Assembly: GCA_051294375.1 (NCBI GenBank)
Contig: JBJCIZ010000038.1
Coordinates: 1 to 60,505, forward strand
From: Paraspadella gotoi
Taxonomy: Eukaryota > Animalia > Chaetognatha
Direction: 5' to 3'
Length of the DNA: 60,505 nucleotides
This document shows positions 24,124 to 35,726 of the stretch, piece by piece. Position 1 is the stretch's first letter; each line of letters starts with the position of its first letter. Under the pieces are notes generated by a model. That model saw only the letters and a program-made list of their open reading frames with translations, was not told the origin of the DNA and ran no database searches. The position numbers were made by a program, and so were the translations under genes.

Positions 24124-24169
24124 GAATAGACAAGTTTCGACTCTGTTTCAAGTCTTTATCAGCGCATTC
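24124..24169 (-). ncRNA. Degenerate minimal hammerhead ribozyme motif (Penelope pLTR-like remnant)
   Basis: Revcomp GAATGCG-CTGATAA-AGACT-tgaaacag-AGTC-GAAAC-TT-GTC-TATTC. Core G8 is replaced by A. Followed by AATAAAATTGTTG, as is the motif at 44729. Confidence 0.45.
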
Positions 24170-24678
24170 AAGAGCCAGAGTTAAAGAGAAAATACCATTA
24201 AATACTTTATTTTGTTTTAAATCTTAATATTTTAAATTTAAAGTTAAATTATAAAATTAACCGATCTTAACGGTTAACCGTTAAAAATGTTAGTTTTAAC
24301 GGTTAAGCGAATTTCCTAAAAAATTAACGGTTATCGGAACTCTAGTTCGAAGTCGCGGCTTAACGAGGCAACTGCCTCTGACTTTTCCTAAATTTCAAAC
24401 GTTAAAAATAAGCCAGATATTTGCTTCGTAATAATCGTCGTCCTCGCGACGTTCCGTCGCGAATCGGGAAACTTGGGACTCGGATGTCGAAATCTCTGCC
24501 GTCGAACGTTGAGCCGTCCTGTCCCTACGGCGACGCCCGCGTTGCGCACCGCGAACGCCAATACACATTTACTTTATTTCAAGGACATCGATGATATATA
24601 AATTTATAATTAATTATTAAAAATTAAAATTAAATAATTAATTAATCGATTAATTAATTAATTAATTAATTTTCGTAG

Positions 24679-24710
24679 GCAGATCCGACATTGTTTGCTC
24701 AAACTTGTTT
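24679..24710 (+). mobile_element. HINE-A 3' terminus (subTIR plus stem-loop)
   Basis: GCAGATCCGACATTGTTTGCTCAAACTTGTT is the exact reverse complement of 2249-2279. Confidence 0.65.
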
Positions 24711-24869
24711 ATGTTTAATTAGAGTAAAAAGACTGATTCTATTTTTTTTTAATAAGATTGATCCTATATGATTCTGATTCTATAATTTTTTATTTTTTTT
24801 ATTTTATATTGAAAAGACTAAAAAAAAGACAATAAAAAAACTGATGTAAAAGACTGATTTTTTTTTTTT

Positions 24870-26021
24870 TTTCTTTGTTTATTAGCGTCTTGTTTTGTTA
24901 TTATTAATATAGGTTTTTGAGTATTTATTAGCGTCTCATTTTGTTTTTAGCGTCTCTTTGTTTTAATTAGCGTCTTTTGTTTTTATTAGTGTCTTTCTGT
25001 TTTATTAGCGTTTTATTAGCGTTTTATTAGCGTCTTTTGTTTTTATTAGTGTCTTTATGTTTTAGCGTCTTTTGTTTTAATTAGCGTCTTTTGTTTTATT
25101 AGTGTCTTTCTGTTTTATTAGCGTTTTATTAGCGTTTTATTAGCGTCTTTTGTTTTTATTAGTGTCTTTATGTTTTTAGCGTCTTTTGTTTTTATTAGTG
25201 TCTTTCTGTTTTTAGCGTCTTTTGTTTTTATTAGTGTCTTTCTGTTGATTATTATTTAAAAATATGTGTATGTGTGTATATATATATATATATATTGATT
25301 GTAGTTTTTTATTTCTATTAATAGCGTTGTGGTCCCTCTGCCCTTTACTTTAACACATTGTAATTATAAATTTTTGGGTATATGTTATACACTAAGCATT
25401 AAATACTTATAATGACGTTTTATAAAAATAAAACCATGACGTTTTACGTTTTTCGTTTTACATTTTACGCATTAAACACTTTTTATACTAGACATTTTTT
25501 GTTTTTTACTTTAAACACTTTTTTACTTTTTCCGGTTTTACGATTATAAAAATTATTTAAAAAAAATCCTAGTTTTGCCCTTTACTTTAACACATTATAA
25601 TTATACATTTTAGGTATATTTCATTTATGCTTTATATTTTTTCTTTTGTTCTTTTTTCATAATTTTTGTTTTTGTTTTTACTTTTTATTAACGTTGTTTT
25701 TCGTTTATGCTTTATATTTTTTGTTTTTGTTTTTGTTTTGTCTTGAGTCCATTTAAACGTTTGTGTCTTTTGTTTTTTGATGTTTTTTTGTTTTAAAAAT
25801 TTGAATTTTGAACGTTCTTGAACGTTATATTTTATAGTTTCTTATGAATTAGTTCATAACATTTTATTTATGAGTCAATTTAAACGTTAGTGTCTTTTTT
25901 TTTCTGTTGAATTTTAATAGTTTAGTTTTACTTGTTTACTGCTTTCTAGTTTTTTACACTGATACTGTTTTTGATTTTGTCAATACTGTTTTTGGTATTA
26001 ATAAAAAAAAAAAAAAAAAAA
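24870..26021 (+). mobile_element. Orphan LINE 3' UTR with TTAGCGTC/TTAGTGTC minisatellite and poly(A) tail
   Basis: Near identical to 34285-35654. Ends TTTGGTATTAATAAA followed by a long A run. Confidence 0.75.
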
Positions 26022-26264
26022 TATATATGAATTAAATTAATCCGCGCAATTGCCGGACATATAGCAGTATATGTACAGCAGCAAGCTGATGTACATGTGA
26101 CATTGCCTGCATTATAAGTTATTTTTCCTTTTTTCTAAAAGGAATCCAGAAAATCTCGGATGTAAATTTGGGATTTTGTATAGAGAAAAAAAAATAAATG
26201 GCGATAATAAAAGTTTTTAGAAGGAAAAAAATAATAAGAATTTTTCAAAAAACGAACGATCGTA

Positions 26265-26267
26265 CAT

Positions 26268-26303
<36 letters not shown>

Positions 26304-26490
26304 TGAAAAAAAAGTGACTAAAAAATTTTTTTTGTAAAAAAAAGAGAGAGAGAGAGAGAGAGATAGAGAGAGCCGGAACTCGTTTACTCGTCGCGCAGTG
26401 ACGGAGGTAAAAAAAGGTGACTAAAAATTATTTTTGTACAAAAAAAAGAGATAGAAAGAGAGAAAGAGAGAGAGAGACAGATAGAGAGAA

Positions 26491-26529
<39 letters not shown>
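26265..26529. repeat. (GA)n-rich microsatellite running into the assembly gap
   Basis: Direct inspection. Confidence 0.9.
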
Positions 26530-28734
26530 NNNNNNNNNNNNNNNNNNNNNNNNNAAAAAAGTTAACATTTACATTTAAAAATAAAAAAAACTTATTTATT
26601 TATTCATCAATTTTAAACATAAAAATTGAAAGTTTTTTCATGATCCATTGATCTGAATTTAAAAAAAATAATATCAAATACAAAACTATAAATAAATTTT
26701 ATAACAAAAAGCCGGAGGCGTTAAAGAGGCGAACGCGGAGGCGATCCGGGCTAAAAAAATGAGAGGCGAACGCAAACCGGAGGCGAGGGGGTCTCGGGAG
26801 GCGGGGGGTGGAGGCGGGCGTAATTTAGCCGCCTCCAGCATCCCTGGCGAGAATCAAGAACTTTAAAAAAAGTTTGATATTCCTGGGAGATCTACTGACT
26901 ACCGCTTAGAAACTCTTAGAATTCGGATCGCTAGTTCTTTTTATTAAAACGATCGATCGCCGTTCTTTTTTATTTATCGAGCGGAGAATCGAGCGCGCGA
27001 TTAATAAAAAATATTTTCGCCAGAAAGAGAGAAAGAAAGGAAATATTTTATTAATTTTATTTATTCGCGCAAATGTAATATTAATAATAATAAAAATTTG
27101 GCTTCCAAAATCCCGTTCAAAATCATTCCAGAATCTTCTTCCTCTTCCGGAATCCTCTTCCTTAATCCTTTCCTCTGTTTCCGGGTTTCATTCATCTGTG
27201 ATGATAATAATAATAAGTATCCTTGAGAAATAATAGAACGAAAAATAAAAGGTAAAGCGTATATTGAGATAGCGACATCCAGTTATAAGTAAAATGCAAG
27301 AATGGGAATAATAAGGAAAGAATATCTCGAAAATCAACGAGCCCCGTGAGGAAAAGGACGAAGAAAGGGGATGAAGAAGAAAAAGGAGGCGAATCCCCTC
27401 GGCGTTTTTGTATGGGAGTTTACTGTATAAAGAAATATTAAGCCTCAGTCAGGATCGGGATCAACAAACGATGATAATTTTAACGACGGAAGAAGCAGTT
27501 GCGATGGTGAGAGCGACGATGAAGCGACGATCAAAGAATCGAATCAGATGATTAACTAATCAATTATTTATTTCATACATTGATTCAGAAAGAAGGAAAG
27601 AGAGGGAATCAGAACTCAGCTTCCCTTGGGACCACCAAACAGAGGCCAGCAGGCGTCACTTAGTTCTATCATCAACAGCATCCGAGATCCAAGACCTCTC
27701 GCGCTAAGCGCCGTCCTTCCACCGCCTCTCGCTCATCCACCACCCGCCACGCGGTCGATCCGGCGCCTGAGAACTCGGGAGCAACCGGCGCTCGCGAAAG
27801 CACTGCAGAGGCGCCGCTAACTCCTGAAGACGTTTCCCTTCTCCGGCCAGATTACCTGCCGCCAATGGCTTCTGAGACTTGGTTTGACAAACGGCAACCT
27901 ATTAAGCGACCTTGTGCCAAATAATTTTATGTTAAACTTTGCTAATGTTTTTGAATATATGTCATTTTAATTGTAGTGGTACATAATAACATGTATTAAC
28001 AAATATAACACAAAACAGAGAGAGACGTTAATGTAAAGGTGTGAGAAAGACTGACGAGAGAGAGCGAACCAAAGATCAAGTAAAGAGATAAAGAGAGTCA
28101 GTAGGCGACTTTTCATCGAGAAAATACAACAAAGAGACCAACTTGGGTCAACCCCGTGGTGACGAAACCTTCATCGTCATATAATTAAATTTTATCATCA
28201 ACCATCAATGATTTTTAAATTACTTGATAATTCACTAATTATGTTCATTAACTGGGAATAAAATAGCCCTATTAATAACAAAAGATGGTGAATTGCAAAT
28301 GGTTATATTAAATGACAAGGAAAAAAAAATTATAATCCAATGATAGTCATTCATTGATTGAATCATTCATCATAAATAAAACAAACAAATGCATGCATGA
28401 GTGAAAGAGAGAGAGAAGAAAGAGAATAAATCCACGAAAATCTCGGATGTAAATTTGGGATTTTGCAATGAGAAAAAAGCGCAGAATAAATGGCGATAAT
28501 AAAAGTTTTTAAAAGAAAAAAATAATCAAAATTTTTCAAAAAAGGATCACGCAAGAGATCGTACAGAGAGAGGGAGAGAGACAGAGACAGAAAGAGAAGA
28601 AAGAGACAGACAGAGAAAGAGAGAAAGCTGCAGAGCCTGAACTCGTTTTTAAAGGGTTCAGAGGAGGCAGCAACTGACAAAAATAGGAAGAAAAATACAT
28701 ATATAAATTAAAGAAATAAAAAAAAAGGAAAAAA

Positions 28735-29310
28735 ATGTTACAATTGTTTACAATTGAAAATTTTTACAATTTTTCAATCATAGCTTGTTAAAAGATTTTT
28801 TTTTATTTGTATTAAAATTAAGATATAGCTTCTCATTAAAAAGGTCCTTTGATTTCCCATTTTTATTATAGATTTAAAAAAAAATTTTTGAATTCCATCT
28901 TCAATATTATATACTGCAATATGTAAATTAGATTAAAGCATTTCTATATACTAATTTGGATTTTATAATGACTACTATAATCTCATTTACATATTGCAGT
29001 AAATCATAATGAAGTGGAAATTCAAACAAAAATACTTAAATCTAAATGTAATAAGAAAATATCAAAGCTATTTTAAGATGAGAAGCCATATCTAATTTTT
29101 TTAACTTACTATGATCGCACACTTTTGTAAAACTATCATAATTCATAAGAATTTTTATTTAAAAAAAAAGGGTAAGTCCCAGCCAAACCTATAAAAGCTT
29201 AGTAGTTTTTTTATAAAAACAGAGTGACGCCAACAACAACGACGTCACAAACAAGATGACCTGAATCAATATCAAGCCTGAACCGGCTTCGCCGGTAGGC
29301 TCGATAAAAA
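28735..29310 (-). mobile_element. Second Helentron/HINE-like family (B); other copies at ~42058-42636 and ~47028-47605
   Basis: Terminal palindrome ATCAAGCCT-ga-ACCGGC-TTC-GCCGGT-AGGCTCGAT next to an A run. (CAA/GAC)n microsatellite. Long internal inverted repeat at ~28820-29095. Confidence 0.55.
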
Positions 29311-30923
29311 ATATTATAACTTGTCACTTTTTTTGTCATAGAGAATAAAAAAATATGATAACAAACAATTTTTTTGTAATGGGACAAGTTCCATAATATT
29401 AACAGCAATCATAAGATTTAAAATATTTTGAACATAACAATATTATAGTACTAATGGGGCACTTTTTTTCCTTTAAAACATAGTTTATTATCAGTTGATA
29501 ATCACGAGCGACGAATGAAAAATTTTGAGTCGGATCGGCCAATGAGCATTGAAATGGAATCTTTTGTCCGTGTCGCTGATCTGAAACAGTGCGTCTTCAC
29601 CCCACCCCGAAGACGATGTCCCGATAGGAGATGGAGAATTGATCCAAGTAGCGCAGCAGAGGACAACGAACCGCCCGACGTTGTTTGGATCTCGGGATCC
29701 CAATAGCAGGCTGCGTGGCTTCATCATCTTCATGCGTCGTTGTCTGAGGCCGGGAGTTGGCGAGTGGGCGGCTAGCCATGTCTTGGAGGTGCCGCGTGGA
29801 TGGTTGGGGTTCCAACCGCATTGGCGATGAAAGGTTTGAGCGGTCAACCGAGACGTCATCGAGGCGGCCCGCAAATTCGAGGCAGAAGAATATGGCGCCA
29901 CGAGAGACGATCTTGAATGCGCCGTTGTAGTTTAAGCCAAATGGGTGTCGCGGCGGATGGTGACTTTGGAGGGCATCTGGGATATTTTGGGATGATCAGT
30001 AAGGCGGGCCAAAATTGATCAGTTACAGGGTTTGGAAGCAAACTATAAAAATTTTTCTATCTTTACAAATAAACGCCCATTTCCTGAACCGTTTGAAGGA
30101 TATCAATAAAATTTATATGAAATATAAACCAAATGTAGAGAAGTCTAATTCTCGACATACACTGCATTCTTGAGCTTTTACGGCCTCTCCAATAGCGCGG
30201 AGTTTTAATACAAGAAATAATAAAGGACATCTTGTGCCCTCCTAATATTTTGAAACACATGTAAAACTATTCCCAAGGATCAAAAAATCAAATTCGCTTG
30301 GCCAATTTTCCCGTTCTATCAATTTTATAATGGGATAAGATACAAAAAAAATCGTAAAAATAGCAAATTTAAATTTAAAAGTGGTTAGTATTATTAATTT
30401 TTATAAAATATAGCTAAATCCAAGTATTTTAAACTCTTTTAAACTATATAAATATAAAAAACTTGTATTAAATAATGATTAAAGATTATTAAAAAATTAT
30501 ATTTTTTTGGGAAAAATAAAAAAAATTCAAATAATAGGAAAGATGGTTAATCAGATAGTTTTAATCAAATATATATGAAATAAGGAGATGTATAACTGTT
30601 TTCATTTTGTAAAAAGTTATATGGAGTTAAAGCAAACTATTATTCTTATCAGCACAAAATGTATATGCAGATATCAATAATTTTTTTAAATACAATTATT
30701 TTTAAGTAAAAAATTAATTATTAATATTATTATTATTAATAATTATTTTTCAGTAAAAAAAATATTTAAATATTTGTTTGAGCTGCCTCGGTTTAATTTC
30801 ACAATTATCTATTTTGGCTGACTTTATGAGACGACGACCAAGAATTCAACGATGTTTTAAAAATGTTTATTGATATTGAAATAATAGGCGACTGAAGAGA
30901 CAGTGATAATTGTTATATATTAA

Positions 30924-31129
30924 TGACAGAACCGTTCAATATAAGCAATCCCTGAGCTTCGGATCAGGCTGTAACACCGAGTTACAGGCGGGTTAAGCGC
31001 CCCGTCCCTATTAACTGGTAGGCGGCCACCGGGCTAGAACCCGGACCTTTGGGTTGGGAGCGAATGACTTGCCTCCGGTACCAATGACCGCTGATGAACG
31101 GTTGGTGGATTTTAGTCCACCATACGACA
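30924..31129 (-). mobile_element. Short TG...CA-bounded repeat with an internal tRNA-Gly-like sequence (31022-31091); mirror copy at 45196-45403
   Basis: GCGGTCA/TGGCCGC acceptor-like stem, CTCCCAA anticodon-like loop and B-box-like GGTTCTAGCCC. The anticodon stem does not pair, so it is not a functional tRNA. Confidence 0.5.
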
Positions 31130-31554
31130 ATATAAAAACAGTTCCAAGTTTAAAAAACGTTAAAACACTTTAAAAACAACACCTTAAAAGCAACGTGAAA
31201 ATGTTCGACGTCGCGGCTTAACGAGGCAACTGCCTCTGACTTTTGCTAAGTTTCAAACATTTAAAATAAGCCAGATATTTCCCTTTCTTCTTCTTCTTTG
31301 TCTTCATAATCGTCGTCGGGACTCTCGGTCGCGAATCGTAATTCTCTGCCGTCGGACGTCGAGCCGTTCTCCCCCTACGGCGACGCCCGCGTTGGCCACA
31401 ATATTATTTAAATAATTTTATCTTATAACAATTATATTATATGATTAAAAATTAAAATTAATTGCTTTGGATTATAAAAGTTTTTAGGGTTTTCAGTTTT
31501 AAAAAAAATTATTTAAGGAGACAAATAATTTATTTTCAACAATTTTATTATTTA

Positions 31555-31597
31555 GACGAACATATTTGGCCTTTCAATTTGAGCCTTCTTCAGCGTC
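31555..31597 (-). ncRNA. Degenerate minimal hammerhead motif (Penelope-like); mirror copy at 44729-44771
   Basis: GACG-CTGAAGA-AGGC...GGCC-AAATATGTT-CGTC. The GAAA core is mutated. Confidence 0.35.
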
Positions 31598-33290
31598 AAA
31601 GTTTTTTAAAAAATTATTAAAATTATTAAATTAATTGATTAACTTAAACCATTTAAAGTTATCAAAATATTTTCATTTTAGCTTTTCAACAGTTAAATAG
31701 GATAAATTAAAATATTTATCTTAAGTAATTAACTTGATTTAAGATTATTATATTAAAAATTAACTGAAAAAAGCTAAAAAATACTAAGAACCGGTGAATT
31801 TGTAAAAATTTTTTTTATGATTTATAGTAATACGATAAACTTTAAATGCTATGTTATTAACTATACAATTTTTTTTTAATTTCGTTATCCCACAGGGATA
31901 TATTACAGAACTCTTAGTTTTTACCTTGTTCCACCTTAAATTGATAAGCGTGGTGTGTTCACGTTGACCGGTGGCAGGGCATCTATCTCGCGTTGCAGGG
32001 CTTGAAGCATTGCGTTGGCATCAGGCGGCAGTGCGCGGTCCGGGACAAATTTGGCGGGTCTTCGAGAAATCCCGGATCTTCCGTGCCACTTCTTCTTTCA
32101 AGGCCATGACCACATCGTGATACTTCAAGGAGACCGAAACATTCTTGACAGCCAGTTGGACTCGGCCCGGATGAACCGATCCGATCCATTCCAAGGCGCG
32201 ATTATCTGCTCTGCAACTCTGCCCCACTCTGCCACTGCTGCGTCACTTTAAGTCCTGATCCGCTGCTGCACTCGACAGCTGATTCAAGATAAACAGGAAA
32301 AAAAAGAACATCAGTTTTACTAGTAACCTGACGAAAAAGATTTTCCTTTAGTTTCATATTAAATAAAAATTTCATTCTTCTCTCCTTTATTTTTATGTTA
32401 AATAAAAATTTCGCGATAATAACTGGACCATTTCACTTTAACCTGACCGTTTGATATGTAAATGGCTAAATACAAGAAAAAGAAAAATTTTGCGAGCCCT
32501 TCAGCATATGGCTATCGGATTCCTGAATTCAAGTTTATTGTAAAATGACAACATACCTTAAATGCGTTGACATTGTATTGAAGTTGAGAAATCCCTTTAT
32601 TTTATATATAAAAATCGCGTCTAAATATTTTCCTGAGCTGACCAGTCCATATTGAATCTGATGGTTTGATGTCAAAATGATGGTTATTTGTCAAGAGAAA
32701 AAAAATGCGAGCCCTTCAAGACGTAACAGGATCGGAATCGAGTGTTTTTACATCTATTTTTTACCTGAATTTTTCCCAGGAGCGTTGACATTATTTGGTA
32801 GTCAGATTTTAACGAAAATCTCCATTGAAAAGTCTTCCTCGATTTCTAAGAACGACGTAGACTCCTAATCCAGCTCAATCACGCACTTTCCTACCAGCAT
32901 ACAAAATTTCAAGTCAATTGTCCTATCCACTCATGAGCAATTGGCGTTCAAATAGTGAAATATATTTTTGGTTTTTTTCATTTAAACCAATTTCCACTCG
33001 CACGATTCTCTCGAAACTTCATATCCATCTCAATCACACAGTTTCCTACCACACACAAAATTTCATACCAATCCATCCATCCAATCACGAGTAATTGGAG
33101 TTTTTGCTAAGGTGGGACGGATGGACGGACGGAACGGACGGACGGACATCGTTTTTTTTTTGCATAATTAATCATAATTCGATGTTCTGACATGATATAA
33201 GTGTGTGCCCGACAATATTGAGGGGGCGGACCAACGTACCGACAAAGTGAGTTATAGAGTCGGGATCTGCTGATAAGCAGATCCGACTAA

Positions 33291-35006
33291 TAATACAAAT
33301 GTGACTGATTCAAATGGAATAGTTTTAAAGTCGTTTAGTAATATAGTAGAACGAGGAATTAAGACTGTTGGTCAATTCTTGAATATGCCAATGAATGAAA
33401 CTCCACGCTCTCAGAGGAAAAGGATTTTTGATATCCAATGTAGAGTAAGGGAACAAGTTGAAAATATTGTCCCAACTGATCATCCTCCTGACTTCATTTT
33501 AGAGGTAAATGGAGCCAATAGAAGGTTGAGTGAAATGTCATTTGCGGAAACTTATTCTCAATTGAGAGTTAATTTAAAAGTGTAAGGCATTATGAAGAGA
33601 AATGGGAAAGAGTAACTTGAATTAGTTTAACTAATGAGTGGAGGGCCATCTGGGGAGCAATTATGTACTCTGATACTTCTTACTATGTTAGATCTTCTAT
33701 TTGGCGCCAGGTAAATTTAAATTTCTGGACAGCATACATGGATTATGCCTATGTAGGAAAGGTGATGGCTTTTGTGATCTTTGTGGTGTTGTAGCACGTG
33801 AAGATGGCATATTTTGACTCACTGCGAAGTGGTTGTAAGACTATGGGAGAAATGAGTGTGACATGTTAAATTTGATGATAAGCAAGTAGATAACCGAGAG
33901 ATGAGCTTAGCTTAATAGGACAAGGGTTAAAGTAGGTTAAGAAATAAATTAGATTATTTTAAGATCTGTTATATTCAAGATGAGAGCACAGAGGATTAGG
34001 AATGTTGAGTCGGCGGTTGAAAGACTGTGGAAATATTTGTTATTCATTTGAAAAAGGATTTAGAACAAGATTATTGGGTGGCCAAATTAAGTGGCAGATT
34101 GGGAAGTTTTAAAAAAAGAATCTTATTGGGTAATGTACTGGGTACATTAAATGATGATGGGACTTAGAGTGGGGAAACTTAATTAAACGGGTTAAAATTG
34201 GCTATTGGAACTTATTTAATCAATGAGGGTATCTCGTATTGTGTATTGTATTGGTATTAGGTATTGAGGGACCACATATCTATATCTTTGTTTATTAGCG
34301 TCTTGTTTTGTTATTATTAATATAGGTTTTTGAGTATTTATTAGCGTCTCATTTGTTTTTAGCGTCTCTTTGTTTTAATTAGCGTCTTTTGTTTTATTAG
34401 TGTCTTTCTGTTTTATTAGCGTTTTATTAGCGTTTTTGTTTTTATTATGTTTTTGTTTTACGTCTTTTGTTTTTTTAGTGTCTTTTGTTTTAGCGTCTTT
34501 TGTTTTTATTAGTGTCTTTCTGTTTTTAGCGTCTTTGTTTTTATTAGTCTTTCTGTTGATTTATTTAAAAATATGTGTATGTGTGTATATATATATATAT
34601 ATATATTGATTGTAGTTTTTTATTTCTATTAATAGCTTGTGGTCCCTCTGCCCTTTACTTTAACACATTGTAATTATAAATTTTTGGGTATATGTTATAC
34701 ACTAAGCATTAAATACTTATAATGACGTTTTATAAAAATAAAACCATCGTTTACGTTTTACGCATTAAACACTTTTTATACTAGACATTTTTTGTTTTTT
34801 ACTTTAACACTACTTTTTACTTTTTCGGTTTTACGATTATAAAAATTATTTAAAAAAAATCCTAGTTTTGCCCTTTAACACACATTATAATTATACATTT
34901 TAGGTATATTTCATTTATGCTTTATATTTTTCTTTTGTCTTTTTTCATAATTTTTGTTTTTGTTTTTACTTTTATTAACGTTGTTTTTCGTTTATGCTTT
35001 ATTTTT

Positions 35007-35038
<32 letters not shown>

Positions 35039-35654
35039 GTCTTGTCTTTATTAACGTTGTTTTTCGTTTTGTTTTATTTTTGTTTTTTTTGTTTTATATT
35101 TTGTTAAATTTGAATTTTGAACGTTTTGAACGTTTCTTATGAATTAGTTCATAAATTTTATTATGAGTCCATTTAAACGTTTGTGTCTTTGTTTTTGATT
35201 TTTTTGTTTTTAAAATTTGAATTTTGACTCTTGAACGTTATTTTTATAGTTTCTTATGAATTAGTTCATAACATTTTATTTATGAGTCCATTTAAAAAAA
35301 AATATGATTAGTTCATAATATTTATTCATAGTCTATTTAAACGTTTGCTGTCTTCTGTTTCTGTTGAATTTTAATAAATTAGTTTTTACTTTTAAATAAA
35401 AAATAATAATGTTGCTTCCTTTTTATACTTGATGTTTTTTTGGTTTAAAAATTTGATTTTTGAACGTCTTTTGAACGTTATATTTTATAGTTTCTTATGA
35501 ATTAGTTCATAACATTTTATTTATGAGTCAATTTAAACGTTAGTGTCTTTTGTTTCTGTTGAATTTTAATATTTTGTTTTACTTGTTTACTGCTTTCTAG
35601 TTTTTTACACTGATACTGTTTTTGATTTGTCAATACTGTTTTTGGTATTAATAA
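33291..35654 (+). mobile_element. LINE copy B: ORF2 last ~930 bp (33301-34226, frameshifted) plus full ~1.4-kb 3' UTR
   Basis: ORF 33301-33585 is nearly identical to the revcomp of ~36385-36670. The UTR ends at AATAAA (~35654). Confidence 0.85.
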
Positions 35655-35726
35655 ATATAGATATGTGGTCCCTCAATACCTCAATACCCAATACCTCAAT
35701 ACCTCAATACCCAATACGAGATACCC

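Larger units (their letters stand above)
26555..33294 (-). repeat. Left arm of a ~6.7-kb near-identical inverted duplication
   Basis: Mirror-image ORFs: 27626-27820(+)/48526-48720(-), 29211-29408(-)/46927-47139(+), 32015-32251(+)/44075-44311(-). Starts at the gap and ends at a HINE-A 5' terminus. Confidence 0.95.

Noticed and set aside
31022-31091. Functional tRNA-Gly gene
   Set aside because: The D and anticodon stems do not pair, and it is embedded in a repeat.
31091-31130. Hammerhead ribozyme at CTGATGA
   Set aside because: No GAAA core or closing stems.
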